Notes under the pieces: model-generated
Seen by the model: the letters and a program-made list of their open reading frames with translations, nothing else
The model's database searches: none
Told to the model about the DNA's origin: nothing
Shown here: one piece after another, positions 1 to 9,586 of the stretch
Position numbering within the stretch: the first letter of the stretch is position 1
How the letters are laid out: each line of letters starts with the position of its first letter
Source: Candidatus Bathyarchaeia archaeon
Lineage (GTDB): Archaea > Thermoproteota > Bathyarchaeia > Bathyarchaeales > Bathycorpusculaceae
Reading direction: 5' to 3'
Assembly (NCBI GenBank): GCA_038883655.1
Contig: JAVZLQ010000004.1
Span: 160,001-224,000 of the forward strand
DNA length: 64,000 bases
Program-made: the position numbers and the translations under genes

Positions 1-340
1 TGAGTTGGGCGTTAACTACAAAACTTTGGCTTTTAATAAGATTTAGGACTTGTTCAGGTGAAATTTTGGCTTCTGAGAAGTCTAGGAATGCAATAGCAGT
101 TAAAACTGGTTTGTCTATTTCCTCCATTGAAAATTGAATGTAACGAACAACAACGCCTGAACCATACGCAAGCCCAGACAATTTCTTAAGCGCACTTACA
201 TCCACTTTCGATTCTATGACAAATCCGTAAATTTTCTTGTTTTTGTCAGAAAGCATGATCCTTCCAATGTTTAAAGGTTTAAAACGTCCCTTGTGGCTTC
301 GCTGTACACCTTTTTGTGTAACTTGGTAGGTGCACAACAT
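1..340 (-). CDS. Partial CDS running off the window start; probable ACT-like domain protein (often fused to V4R)
   Basis: Manual translation from ATG at 340 gives MLCTYQVTQ...LNIGRIMLSDKNKKIYGFVIESKVDVSALKKLSGLAYGSGVVVRYIQFS...TAIAFLDFSEAKISPEQVLNLIKSQSFV, open to position 1. The beta-alpha-beta-beta-alpha-beta pattern is ACT-like. Not in the ORF track; start uncertain. Confidence 0.5.
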   Translation of the reverse strand, partial: MLCTYQVTQKGVQRSHKGRFKPLNIGRIMLSDKNKKIYGFVIESKVDVSALKKLSGLAYGSGVVVRYIQFSMEEIDKPVLTAIAFLDFSEAKISPEQVLNLIKSQSFVVNAQL

Positions 341-515
341 AACCACCCAAGGTAGTTATTTAATAAAAAACAACAGCATATATGCCTTGTTAACCCAAAA
401 TCTGAAACACAAAAACTAACTCCAAAGAAACAAAATACAAATACCTCAAAACAACAATAGAAAACTCCACATACTCAAAATTCAAAAACTAAAATTTCTA
501 ATTTGGTATAATTTA

Positions 516-632
516 TGCGGCGGGCCGGATTTGAACCGGCGAACCCCTACGGGAGAGGATGGCTCATAGGAGTTTAGCCTTTAAACATCGATCTTGAGTC
601 CTCCGCCTTTGACCTGGCTTGGCTACCGCCGC
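516..632 (-). tRNA. tRNA-Leu(CAA) with a 32-nt intron at canonical position 37/38 (intron about 561-592)
   Basis: Reverse complement: GCGGCGGTAGCCAAGCCAGGTCAAAGGCGGAGGACTCAAG[intron]ATCCTCTCCCGTAGGGGTTCGCCGGTTCAAATCCGGCCCGCCGCA. Long variable arm; CTCA/TGAG bulge-helix-bulge helix; 85 nt mature. Confidence 0.93.
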
Positions 633-863
633 TTACAAGTTTTTCTGGTTTTCTTTCTTATTAATTATTTGTTTATCGCGTGTGAATGTAGGTTTTGTAC
701 AAAAAAGTTTATTAATGAGGTGTGGGGTTTACGTTTTTAGCTCTTTAAGATTGGAGACTTTTTAGTTGGATGACCCTCGCATCGGAGGAAATTGAAGGTT
801 TGAAAAGGTACGCGTCAAATGTTTCCTATACGTTTATGTTTGAAATTGAATGGAGGATTCCGA

Positions 864-3800
864 TTGGATGAATTTTTAAAAGAGGATAGAAATCAGCTTT
901 TGAAGGCATTCTTTAGAGAAAAGGGTCTCGTGCGTCAGCATTTGGACTCTTTCAACGAGTTCATCGACCACGGCCTTCAAGAGGTCATAGACGAAGTTGG
1001 CGAAATCCCGATAGAGGTTCCGGAAAGCCCCTACAAGGTTAAGCTTGGACAGGTTTGGATAATAGATCCACAGACTAGGATAACTGGGCCTTACGTGACC
1101 GAAGTCGACGGGACAAAGCATGAAATTTACCCAATGGAGGCGAGGCTCCGCAACCTAACCTACGCAGCTCCAGTGGCGCTTGAAATGACGCCAGTGATTG
1201 ACGGAAGAGAGCAAGACACGGAGCTTGTATTTATTGGAAACATTCCAGTAATGCTCAAATCAAAGCTGTGCTTCTTATCACAACTTTCAAGGGAAGAGTT
1301 AATAGCTTGTGGAGAAGACCCAGACGACCCTGGGGGCTACTTTATTGTTAATGGTTCTGAGCGCGTTATTGTTGCGATGGAGGACTTGGCTCCTAACCGC
1401 ATTATTGTTGACATAGACGAGAAGGGTACAACGCCAGTTTATCAGGCTAAGATGTTTTCAACCACTGTTGGTTTTAGGGCAAGGATTGAGCTTAAACTGA
1501 AATCTGATGGGGTAATCTATGTTTCGATGCCAGGCGTGCCTTCGGAAATTCCGCTCGTTGTGGTGATGCGCGCTCTAGGATTGGAGTCAGATAAGGAAAT
1601 AGCTGAAGCCATTTCTTTGGATAGGGATATTCAAGCTCAGCTTGAGGCAACATTTGAAAAGTCCCTCGGCGTTGACACGGTGAAAGACGCAATATTATTT
1701 ATTGGCAACCGTGTTGCACACGGCCAAGTTGAGGAGTACCGCATCCAAAAGGCTGAAACAATACTCGACAAGAACTTTTTGCCGCATATTGGGAGAACAA
1801 GCCAAAGCAGAAGGGCTAAAGCAATTTTTTTAGGCGAGATGGCGTGTCGCGTAATTGAATTAAAACTTGGGAGGAGACAACCAGACGACAAAGACCACTT
1901 TAAAAACAAGAGGCTGCGACTTGCTGGTCCACTGCTTGCAGACCTCTTCCGAGTGGCGTTCAGAAACCTTGTAAGGGACATAAAATATCAGCTTGAACGC
2001 ATAGGCGTCAAAGGTCCCATAATAACTGTTTCTGCGGCTGTTCGTCCAGGAATAATAACCGAAAGGCTTCAGCATGCGCTTGCAACTGGAAATTGGGGAA
2101 GGGGGCGCGTCGGCGTAACACAGCTTTTGGATAGAACAAATCACCTTTCAACCCTAAGCCACCTTCGAAGACTGCAGTCTCCATTAAGCAGGAGCCAACC
2201 AAACTTTGAAGCAAGAGACTTGCATCCAACACATTGGGGTCGGTTATGCCCAAATGAGACACCTGAAGGCTCAAACTGCGGACTTGTCAAAAATTTGGCT
2301 TTGTCCGCTTGCATCTCCGTTGGCGTAAACCCAGAAAAAATGAAGCAGGTGCTTTTCGATATGGGCGTGGTTCCTATAGAAGAGGCGAACGAAACCCTCA
2401 AGCTTTCTGGAGCCAAAGTTTTTGTTGATGGAAACATAATTGGTTACTGCGTTTCTCCAGAAAAGTTGACACGCGAATTTAGGGAAAGGCGTAGAAGAGG
2501 CGAAATCTCAACCGAAGTCAACATAGCCTATTACCCGAAACTTCAAACAAAAAGAGAAGAGGTTTACGTTAACTGCGACGAGGGAAGGGTGCGGCGTCCA
2601 CTCATAATAGTTGATAATGGCGTGCCAAGGCTTCAGCGTGAACACGTTGAGAAGGTGGTTTCCGGAGAATGGTCTTGGGAAGACCTTGTCAAAAACGGTT
2701 TAATCGAATACCTTGACGCCGAGGAGGAGGAAAATGCCTATGTTGCCGTCAGCCAAGAAGAGCTAACGCCAGAACACACACACTTAGAGATTGCAACTTA
2801 CACAATTCTTGGAATATGCGCATCAACAATACCATACGCAGAACACAACCAGTCGCCACGTAACTCTTACCAAGCAGCAATGGCAAAACAAGCCTTAGGC
2901 GTTTACGCCACAAACTTCCATCAAAGAGTCGACTCAAGGTCGCACATACTTCATTATCCACAAGTGCCTCTCGTCGAAACCGCATTGATGGATGTTATGG
3001 GTTATAAACTTCGCCCCTCCGGGCAGAACTGCGTGGTTGCTGTTCTCTCCTATGAAGGCTATAATATGGAAGACGCCCTAATATTCAACAAAGCCTCAAT
3101 AGAAAGGGGATTAGCTCGCTCAACCTTTTACAGAATATATGAAGCTGAATGTCGCCAATACCTTGGAGGTTCGAAAGACAAGTTTACGCTGCCAGAGCCC
3201 GGAACACGCGGATACAGGGGCGAACAGTACTACAGACTGCTTGAGCCAGACGGAATAATAAGTTTGGAGGCTGCTGTTGCCGGTGGAGACGTACTCATAG
3301 GCAGAATTAGCCCGCCAAGGTTCATCGAGGAGTACAAGGAGTTTGAGGTTAAGGGTCCATCAATGCGTGACACTTCCGTGGACATGCGCCCATCCGAAAC
3401 TGGTATTGTGGATGCAGTGTTCTTAACGGAGTCTGGAGAAGGAAGCAAGCTTGTGAAGGTTAGGGTGCGCGATCAGCGTATACCAGAGTTGGGCGACAAG
3501 TTTGCCTCGCGTCACGGGCAAAAAGGCGTTATAGGGTTGATTGTTCCACAAGAGGACTTGCCCTTCACCGAGGATGGCATTGTTCCAGACATAATAATTA
3601 ACCCGCATGCGATTCCATCAAGAATGACTATTGGACAGTTCATAGAGTCAATCGCTGGGAAGGTTGCCGCTGTACGTGGAAAGTCGGTTGATGGCACACC
3701 CTTCGCAAACGAAAGGTCTGATGAACTTCGAAAAGCGCTTATAAAGCTTGGGTTCAGCCACACTGGAACAGAAGTCTTCTACAATGGCGTAACTGGAGAA

Positions 3801-4229
3801 AAGTTCATTGCAGATGTTTTCGTTGGAATAGTCTATTACCAGAAGCTTCACCACATGGTTGCAGACAAGATACATGCCAGAGCAAGAGGGCAAGTGCAGA
3901 TGCTGACAAGACAGCCCACAGAAGGAAGAGCCAGAGGCGGAGGCTTAAGGTTCGGCGAAATGGAACGCGACTGCTTAATAGGTCATGGCGCGGCGATGCT
4001 CCTCCGTGATAGGCTTCTTGAAGAATCCGACAAGTACACGCTTTATGTATGTGAAAACTGCGGTTACATAGCCTATTACGACATGAAACAGCGCAAGTAT
4101 GTATGCAGGGTCTGCGAGGACAAGGCGAAAATCTCTCCGGTCGTGGTTTCATACGCTTTTAAGCTTCTTCTACAGGAATTGATGAGCCTTTGTATTGCAC
4201 CTAGATTAAAGCTTAAGGAGAAGGCATGA
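864..4229 (+). CDS. rpoB: DNA-directed RNA polymerase subunit B (Rpo2), unsplit
   Basis: Motifs GGYFIVNGSERV, ETPEGSNCGLVKNL, GDKFASRHGQKG, GGLRFGEMERD and a C-terminal Zn ribbon. The ORF track starts at 819, but TTG at 864 follows a GGAGG Shine-Dalgarno. Confidence 0.97.
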   Translation: MDEFLKEDRNQLLKAFFREKGLVRQHLDSFNEFIDHGLQEVIDEVGEIPIEVPESPYKVKLGQVWIIDPQTRITGPYVTEVDGTKHEIYPMEARLRNLTYAAPVALEMTPVIDGREQDTELVFIGNIPVMLKSKLCFLSQLSREELIACGEDPDDPGGYFIVNGSERVIVAMEDLAPNRIIVDIDEKGTTPVYQAKMFSTTVGFRARIELKLKSDGVIYVSMPGVPSEIPLVVVMRALGLESDKEIAEAISLDRDIQAQLEATFEKSLGVDTVKDAILFIGNRVAHGQVEEYRIQKAETILDKNFLPHIGRTSQSRRAKAIFLGEMACRVIELKLGRRQPDDKDHFKNKRLRLAGPLLADLFRVAFRNLVRDIKYQLERIGVKGPIITVSAAVRPGIITERLQHALATGNWGRGRVGVTQLLDRTNHLSTLSHLRRLQSPLSRSQPNFEARDLHPTHWGRLCPNETPEGSNCGLVKNLALSACISVGVNPEKMKQVLFDMGVVPIEEANETLKLSGAKVFVDGNIIGYCVSPEKLTREFRERRRRGEISTEVNIAYYPKLQTKREEVYVNCDEGRVRRPLIIVDNGVPRLQREHVEKVVSGEWSWEDLVKNGLIEYLDAEEEENAYVAVSQEELTPEHTHLEIATYTILGICASTIPYAEHNQSPRNSYQAAMAKQALGVYATNFHQRVDSRSHILHYPQVPLVETALMDVMGYKLRPSGQNCVVAVLSYEGYNMEDALIFNKASIERGLARSTFYRIYEAECRQYLGGSKDKFTLPEPGTRGYRGEQYYRLLEPDGIISLEAAVAGGDVLIGRISPPRFIEEYKEFEVKGPSMRDTSVDMRPSETGIVDAVFLTESGEGSKLVKVRVRDQRIPELGDKFASRHGQKGVIGLIVPQEDLPFTEDGIVPDIIINPHAIPSRMTIGQFIESIAGKVAAVRGKSVDGTPFANERSDELRKALIKLGFSHTGTEVFYNGVTGEKFIADVFVGIVYYQKLHHMVADKIHARARGQVQMLTRQPTEGRARGGGLRFGEMERDCLIGHGAAMLLRDRLLEESDKYTLYVCENCGYIAYYDMKQRKYVCRVCEDKAKISPVVVSYAFKLLLQELMSLCIAPRLKLKEKA

Positions 4230-7200
4230 TTATGGCAGCGGAAGAAATAGTGCATAAAGTTGTAGATGAAATCCAGTTTGGGTTATTCTCGCCACAGGAA
4301 ATCCGCAAGCTCTCAGTTGTGGAAATTCAAACACCAGACACCTACGACGAGGACGGCGCACCAATAACTGCTGGGCTTATGGACGGTAGACTCGGAACTC
4401 TGGAGCCGAGGCAAAGATGCAGGACTTGTGGAAACACAGCAGTTAGGTGCCCAGGACACTTCGGACATATTGAACTTGCCGTTCCAATAATACACATAGA
4501 ATTTACAAAGCTAATCTATGACCTTTTGAGGTCAACCTGCAGAAACTGCGGACGCATCTTGCTGCCAGACGAAACCATAAAGCGTGTGAGAGCAAAAATT
4601 AACAAAACCAAGCAGCTCTTAGGTGTTGTTCCAGACGAGGTTAGCAAGTGGGTTGTTCAAGAGGCAAAAACTAAGCAGTGTCCACACTGCGGCGCGGTTC
4701 AGTACAAAATAACTTTCGAGAAGCCAACAAAGTTCAGCGAGCAGATTCCAGAAAGTGGTTCTGAACCGCTAACGCCAAGTATGATTCGCGAAAGGCTTGA
4801 ACGGATTCCAGACGACGACCTTGAACTTTTAGGTTTTAACCCCAAAGCTGCACGCCCAGAATGGATGGTTCTGCAAGTTCTTCCAGTCCCACCAGTTTAC
4901 GTTCGCCCATCAATAACGCTTGAAACGGGCATACGCTCGGAAGATGACTTAACCCACAAACTTGTGGACATAATACGCATAAACCAGCGACTAAAGGAAA
5001 ATATGGACGCTGGAGCCCCAACCCTCATAATCCAAGACCTATCAGAACTCTTACAATACCACGTGACAACATACTTCAACAATGAAGCGTCGGGCATACC
5101 GCCAGCAAGACACCGTTCAGGAAGAGCCCTAAAAACGCTCTCGCAAAGGTTGAAGGGAAAAGAGGGAAGATTCAGAAGCAACCTCTCTGGAAAACGTGTT
5201 GACTTTTCAGCGAGAACAGTCATATCGCCGGATCCAAACCTTGACATAAGCGAGGTTGGCGTTCCACAAGAAGTTGCGATGCGCTTATCCGTTCCAGAAA
5301 AAGTCACAGAATGGAACATCGAAGAAATGCGAAAACTTGTGATAAACGGACCGGAAAAATACCCGGGCGCGCTTTACATTATTAGACCAGACGGGAAACG
5401 CATAAGACTAGAGTTTGTAGCGGATAGGACGAAGATTGCTGAGGCGTTAGAGCCAGGCTATATCGTTGAAAGACATCTCAAAAACGGGGACATAGCGATC
5501 TTTAATCGCCAACCATCGCTTCACAGAATGTCCATCATGGCGCATTATGTTCGCGTTTTGCCATACAAGACGTTCCGTCTACACCTCTGTGTTTGTCCAC
5601 CATACAACGCGGACTTCGACGGAGATGAAATGAACCTTCACATACCACAAAGCGAAGAAGCACGCACAGAGGCGCTTATGCTAATGCAAGTTCAAGACCA
5701 GATACTCTCGCCTCGATTTGGCGGTCCAATAATTGGGGCAATACGCGATTTCATAACTGCAGCCTACCTATTCACAAGAAAAAACAATTACTTGACAAAA
5801 AGCGAGGTTGGCAGGCTACTCGCCGCAGCAGGATACGATGGACCATTGCCAGAGCCAAAAATAAAAGAGCCCCAGCCACTTTGGACTGGCAAACAGATTT
5901 TCAGCCTCTTCCTACCAAAAGATTTTAACTACGTTTTGAAGGCAACGATTTGCCAAGGATGCGCCAGGTGTTTAGAGGAAAATTGTCCACATGACGCGTA
6001 TGTTGTTGTAAAAAATGGAGAGTTGATAAGCGGTGTTATAGATAGGCGTTCAATAGGAGCTGAACAATCTGAAAGCCTCCTCCACAGAATAATAAAGGAT
6101 TATGGAACAAAGGCTGGAAGGGAATTTCTAAACAGGATGACAAGGCTTTTGAAGCTTTTCATTTCAATGAGGGGATTCACATACTCATATCAGGAGCTTA
6201 TTCTCTCACCGGAGGCTGAAAACAAGATAAAGGAAACAATGGAGAAAGTCCAGAAAAAAGTCGAGGAACTAATAGAAAGCTATCGAAAAGGCACATTGCA
6301 AAGGCTTCCAGGACAGACACTTGAGGATTCTTTTGAGATCTACATTATGAATGAACTGGCAAAGGCAAGAGATGATGCTGGTAAAATAGCGGACAAAGAC
6401 TTCACGCTTGAAAATTCTGGCATTGTGATGACGCGGACAGGCGCGAGAGGATCAAACCTTAACATTGGGCAGATGAGCGCTTGTGTGGGACAGCAGTCGG
6501 TGCGAGGCAAAAGAATACTGCGTGGATATATCGGACGTGCACTCCCACACTTTAAAGCTGGCGACCCAAGTCCAAGAGCTAGGGGGTTCGTCTACTCATC
6601 CTACCAGAGAGGACTTGACGCCATTGAATTCTTCTTCCATGCCATGGGAGGGCGCGAGGGACTCGTCGACACGGCTGTTAGGACACAGCAAAGCGGTTAC
6701 ATGCAGAGACGACTAATCAACGCCCTCGAACACATACGCCTAGAATATGATGGAACTGTTAGGAACTCTGCTGGAGACATAATTCAGTTCAAATATGGCG
6801 AGGATGGAGTTGATCCAGCAAAGAGCGACCATGGAAAAGCCGTTAACGTCAACAGACTTGTCGACCAAGTAAGAATAGCAACTGAAGGCGGCAAACCCGC
6901 GGAAGTCGAATACATCAAAAAGAAGATTGAGGAGGTCAAAGACCAACTCACGCCCCTGCTTGTAGAAGAACTTAAGCAATGCTTGTCAAAGGCAAAAATA
7001 AGTAAGGAAGGGGTGGACAAAGCAGTAAAACTAACAGTCGAGCATTATAAACGCTCCTTGATGGAGCCAGGCGAGGCAGTCGGCATAATTGCAGCCCAAT
7101 CAATAGGTGAGCCTGGCACACAAATGACGCTTAGAACTTTCCATTATGCTGGTGTTAGGGAGCAAAACGTAACCTTGGGATTGCCGAGGCTGATAGAGAT

Positions 7201-8056
7201 TGTTGACGCTAGGCGGATTCCATCAACGCCAATAATGACGATTTACTTAACTGAAAAGTATAGAAAGAGCAGAGAAGCTGCTGTTAAAATCGCCAGAAAC
7301 ATAGTTTATACAACTTTAGAGAATTTGGCGCGAGCCATATACGAGGATGCTGTCCGCGGCGAGATTGTCGTGGAACTCAGCAAGGTTATGATGGAAGACC
7401 GTAGCGTAACACTTGAAGAGCTTAAAGAGAAGCTGCAAATCCCAAACTGCGCAATAAGAATGAGGGGCAACATAATTCGCGTGAAGCCCAAAAAGGAGGA
7501 AAACCTCAAAAAATTGTTGGACAAAATCTCTTCATTTTACATTAAAGGCGTTTCTGGCATAAAACGTGTTTTAGTTACAGAAGAGAAGGGAGAGTGGATT
7601 ATAAGAACAGATGGCTCAAACTTGCCAAAGGTTCTTGAAATCTGCGGAGTGGATCCCTCGCGGACAACAACAAACAACATACACGAAATAGCCAAAACTT
7701 TGGGTATTGAGGCGGCTAGAAACGCTCTAATAAACGAGTCTAAAGGCGTTCTGGAAGAGCAAGGGTTAGATGTTGATGTTCGCCACGTCATGCTTGTTGC
7801 TGACATGATGACCGCTACTGGCGAAGTACAGCAGATAGGAAGGCATGGCATAAGCGGGAAGAAATCAAGTGTTCTGGCGAGGGCAGCATTTGAGATAACC
7901 GTTCCAAACATTGTTGATGCTGCAGTTAAGGGCGAAAGCGACCCATTGGAAGGCGTAACTGAAAACGTTATAGTTGGGCAGTCGATACCAATAGGCACTG
8001 GACTAGTCGAATTATACATGTCCACGTTCGAGATGGGGAGGAAAAACGAGAAATGA
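4226..8056 (+). CDS. rpoA1: DNA-directed RNA polymerase largest subunit, fused A'+A'' (Rpo1)
   Basis: CPGHFGHIEL, the catalytic motif YNADFDGDEMN and bridge helix GLVDTAVRT, then A'' motifs AQSIGEPGTQMTLRTFH, GLPRLIEIVD and GVTENVIVGQ, all in one ORF. Confidence 0.97.
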   Translation: MIMAAEEIVHKVVDEIQFGLFSPQEIRKLSVVEIQTPDTYDEDGAPITAGLMDGRLGTLEPRQRCRTCGNTAVRCPGHFGHIELAVPIIHIEFTKLIYDLLRSTCRNCGRILLPDETIKRVRAKINKTKQLLGVVPDEVSKWVVQEAKTKQCPHCGAVQYKITFEKPTKFSEQIPESGSEPLTPSMIRERLERIPDDDLELLGFNPKAARPEWMVLQVLPVPPVYVRPSITLETGIRSEDDLTHKLVDIIRINQRLKENMDAGAPTLIIQDLSELLQYHVTTYFNNEASGIPPARHRSGRALKTLSQRLKGKEGRFRSNLSGKRVDFSARTVISPDPNLDISEVGVPQEVAMRLSVPEKVTEWNIEEMRKLVINGPEKYPGALYIIRPDGKRIRLEFVADRTKIAEALEPGYIVERHLKNGDIAIFNRQPSLHRMSIMAHYVRVLPYKTFRLHLCVCPPYNADFDGDEMNLHIPQSEEARTEALMLMQVQDQILSPRFGGPIIGAIRDFITAAYLFTRKNNYLTKSEVGRLLAAAGYDGPLPEPKIKEPQPLWTGKQIFSLFLPKDFNYVLKATICQGCARCLEENCPHDAYVVVKNGELISGVIDRRSIGAEQSESLLHRIIKDYGTKAGREFLNRMTRLLKLFISMRGFTYSYQELILSPEAENKIKETMEKVQKKVEELIESYRKGTLQRLPGQTLEDSFEIYIMNELAKARDDAGKIADKDFTLENSGIVMTRTGARGSNLNIGQMSACVGQQSVRGKRILRGYIGRALPHFKAGDPSPRARGFVYSSYQRGLDAIEFFFHAMGGREGLVDTAVRTQQSGYMQRRLINALEHIRLEYDGTVRNSAGDIIQFKYGEDGVDPAKSDHGKAVNVNRLVDQVRIATEGGKPAEVEYIKKKIEEVKDQLTPLLVEELKQCLSKAKISKEGVDKAVKLTVEHYKRSLMEPGEAVGIIAAQSIGEPGTQMTLRTFHYAGVREQNVTLGLPRLIEIVDARRIPSTPIMTIYLTEKYRKSREAAVKIARNIVYTTLENLARAIYEDAVRGEIVVELSKVMMEDRSVTLEELKEKLQIPNCAIRMRGNIIRVKPKKEENLKKLLDKISSFYIKGVSGIKRVLVTEEKGEWIIRTDGSNLPKVLEICGVDPSRTTTNNIHEIAKTLGIEAARNALINESKGVLEEQGLDVDVRHVMLVADMMTATGEVQQIGRHGISGKKSSVLARAAFEITVPNIVDAAVKGESDPLEGVTENVIVGQSIPIGTGLVELYMSTFEMGRKNEK

Positions 8057-8388
8057 TTGACATAGACAAGGCAATAGCCACAGCCGTAAAAACCGGCAAG
8101 GTTTTCTTCGGAGCGAACACGGCCATACACAGCGCCAAAAGCGGAAGGGCGAAAATGATAATTTTGGCTTCAAACTGTCCAAAAAACATACGCGAAGACC
8201 TAGAATACTACTGCAAACTTTCAAAAATACCACTAATCGTTTATAAGGGTTCATCAATGGATTTAGCTGCTGTCTGTGGAAAACCTTATGTTGTTTCAGC
8301 GTTAAGTATAAGAGAACCAGGTGATTCAGAAATACTTGAGTTAGCTGAAAAAGGCGAGTCAGAGGAATCCGTTGGAGGCGGCGAATGA
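8053..8388 (+). CDS. rpl30e: 50S ribosomal protein L30e
   Basis: KTGKVFFG, ILASNCP, DLAAVCGKPY, PGDSEIL; canonical position after rpoA. Confidence 0.95.
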   Translation: MIDIDKAIATAVKTGKVFFGANTAIHSAKSGRAKMIILASNCPKNIREDLEYYCKLSKIPLIVYKGSSMDLAAVCGKPYVVSALSIREPGDSEILELAEKGESEESVGGGE

Positions 8389-8822
8389 CAAGCGGAATAA
8401 AAATTACAAGTACAGAGATGCGTTACATTGCGCTTTTTGAAAGCATAACAGGAGCAAGCGTCAAGGACTGCATAGTCGATGAGGAACAGGGGCGCGTAAT
8501 CTTCGTTGTAAACGAGGGACAAATAGGCGTAGCCATTGGAAAAGGCGGAAGAAACATCCGCACTTTGGAGTCAATGACTGGAAAGAAACACGAAATAATC
8601 GAGTATTCAGAAGATCCTGTTCAATTCATAAAAAATGCCCTAAAACCAGCAATAGTTAAGGAGGTTCGCCTCACGGAGAGAACCGATGGAAAGAGAATAG
8701 CCGTTGTTACTGTTAATCCGCGGGATAAGGGTGTAGCCATTGGCAAGAACGGAAGAAACGCTGAAAGACTGCGTTTTCTAGCAAAACGATATTTTGACAT
8801 ACAAAACGTAAGCATAACCTAG
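8385..8822 (+). CDS. nusA: Archaeal NusA (two KH domains)
   Basis: Two GxAIGKxG KH motifs; IALFESITGA..KDC; canonical position. Confidence 0.95.
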   Translation: MTSGIKITSTEMRYIALFESITGASVKDCIVDEEQGRVIFVVNEGQIGVAIGKGGRNIRTLESMTGKKHEIIEYSEDPVQFIKNALKPAIVKEVRLTERTDGKRIAVVTVNPRDKGVAIGKNGRNAERLRFLAKRYFDIQNVSIT

Positions 8823-8824
8823 AC

Positions 8825-9019
8825 TTGGAGAATCCCAGAATGAAAAGGCAAAAGTTGTTAACTTTATTCGCGTTTTTCCTATTTTCCATCTTAATAGGTG
8901 TTGCTAGGGCTGAAGACGATTTTATCTTCACTCAGTTTCTGGAAACTCCGCTGATAATTTTAACAATTCTAATCATAATTGACATCATAGCCTTCGTTTA
9001 TCATAGAATAAGGAAGTAA
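8825..9019 (+). CDS. Small membrane protein (signal peptide plus one TM helix)
   Basis: Hydrophobic N-terminus ending ARA, then a C-terminal TM segment followed by basic residues. Start may be ATG 8840. Confidence 0.55.
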   Translation: MENPRMKRQKLLTLFAFFLFSILIGVARAEDDFIFTQFLETPLIILTILIIIDIIAFVYHRIRK

Positions 9020-9031
9020 ACGCTGGGCATT

Positions 9032-9586
9032 CTACTTTGACAGGAGCATTTCTATAAGCGCTTTTTGGTCTACTTCTGCGCGTGTCCGCCAATCCAAATA
9101 CAACTGTTCATTTTCATCTTGCGTCAGATAACCATACCTAATGTAGCGGTCAATGTTGACGTCGACCTTCCACCCTGGAAGCTTCTCGCGTAAGAGTTCC
9201 TCAACTTCCTTTCTTGGAGCTTTCCCCTTCTTTGATATTATGTAGGCTATGGCTATTGCAAGTCCAGCTAAGTCGTCTATTCTCCACCCAATCATCTTCG
9301 CCTCTTTAGGCGTTAACTCGCCTCGTAATGTTATGTAGAACCTTGCTCTATCCAAATCTTCCAATGTTGGATTTTCCTTCGGCTTATCCTCCTCAAAGAC
9401 GGTTTTGACCTGCAAGTCCAAAGTCTTCAAGTGCTCGTCCAGAAGCTTGAGAACTTTTGGGTAGTCTGCTCCAAGGGATTTTCGCAGTTCCCATCCTTTT
9501 ACGCCTGGCTTTTTGTGTCGTCTATAAAATAGCATGTGAACTGCCCTCTTCATTTTGCTTGCGTAGTAAGCTTTGCGTTTGCTCAT
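9032..9586 (-). CDS. Tandem winged-helix kite protein (Nse1/Nse3-MAGE/ScpB-like) of an SMC complex
   Basis: Two predicted wHTH halves (YPKVLKLLDEHLKTLDLQVKTV; LAIAIAYIISKKGKAPRKEVEELL...YIRYGYL...LYLDWRTRAEV). Third gene of the SMC operon, with an ATGA overlap. Confidence 0.65.
   Translation of the reverse strand: MSKRKAYYASKMKRAVHMLFYRRHKKPGVKGWELRKSLGADYPKVLKLLDEHLKTLDLQVKTVFEEDKPKENPTLEDLDRARFYITLRGELTPKEAKMIGWRIDDLAGLAIAIAYIISKKGKAPRKEVEELLREKLPGWKVDVNIDRYIRYGYLTQDENEQLYLDWRTRAEVDQKALIEMLLSK

Noticed and set aside
770-871. 33-codon ORF (MTLASEEIEGLKR...) where rpoH normally lies
   Set aside because: No RpoH motifs and no recognisable family; probably chance.
876-8257. Numerous antisense and alternate-frame ORFs in the track, here and across the window (e.g. 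7537-8130, 15291-15947, 23629-24279, 40016-40546)
   Set aside because: They overlap well-supported genes and lack motifs; treated as shadow ORFs.
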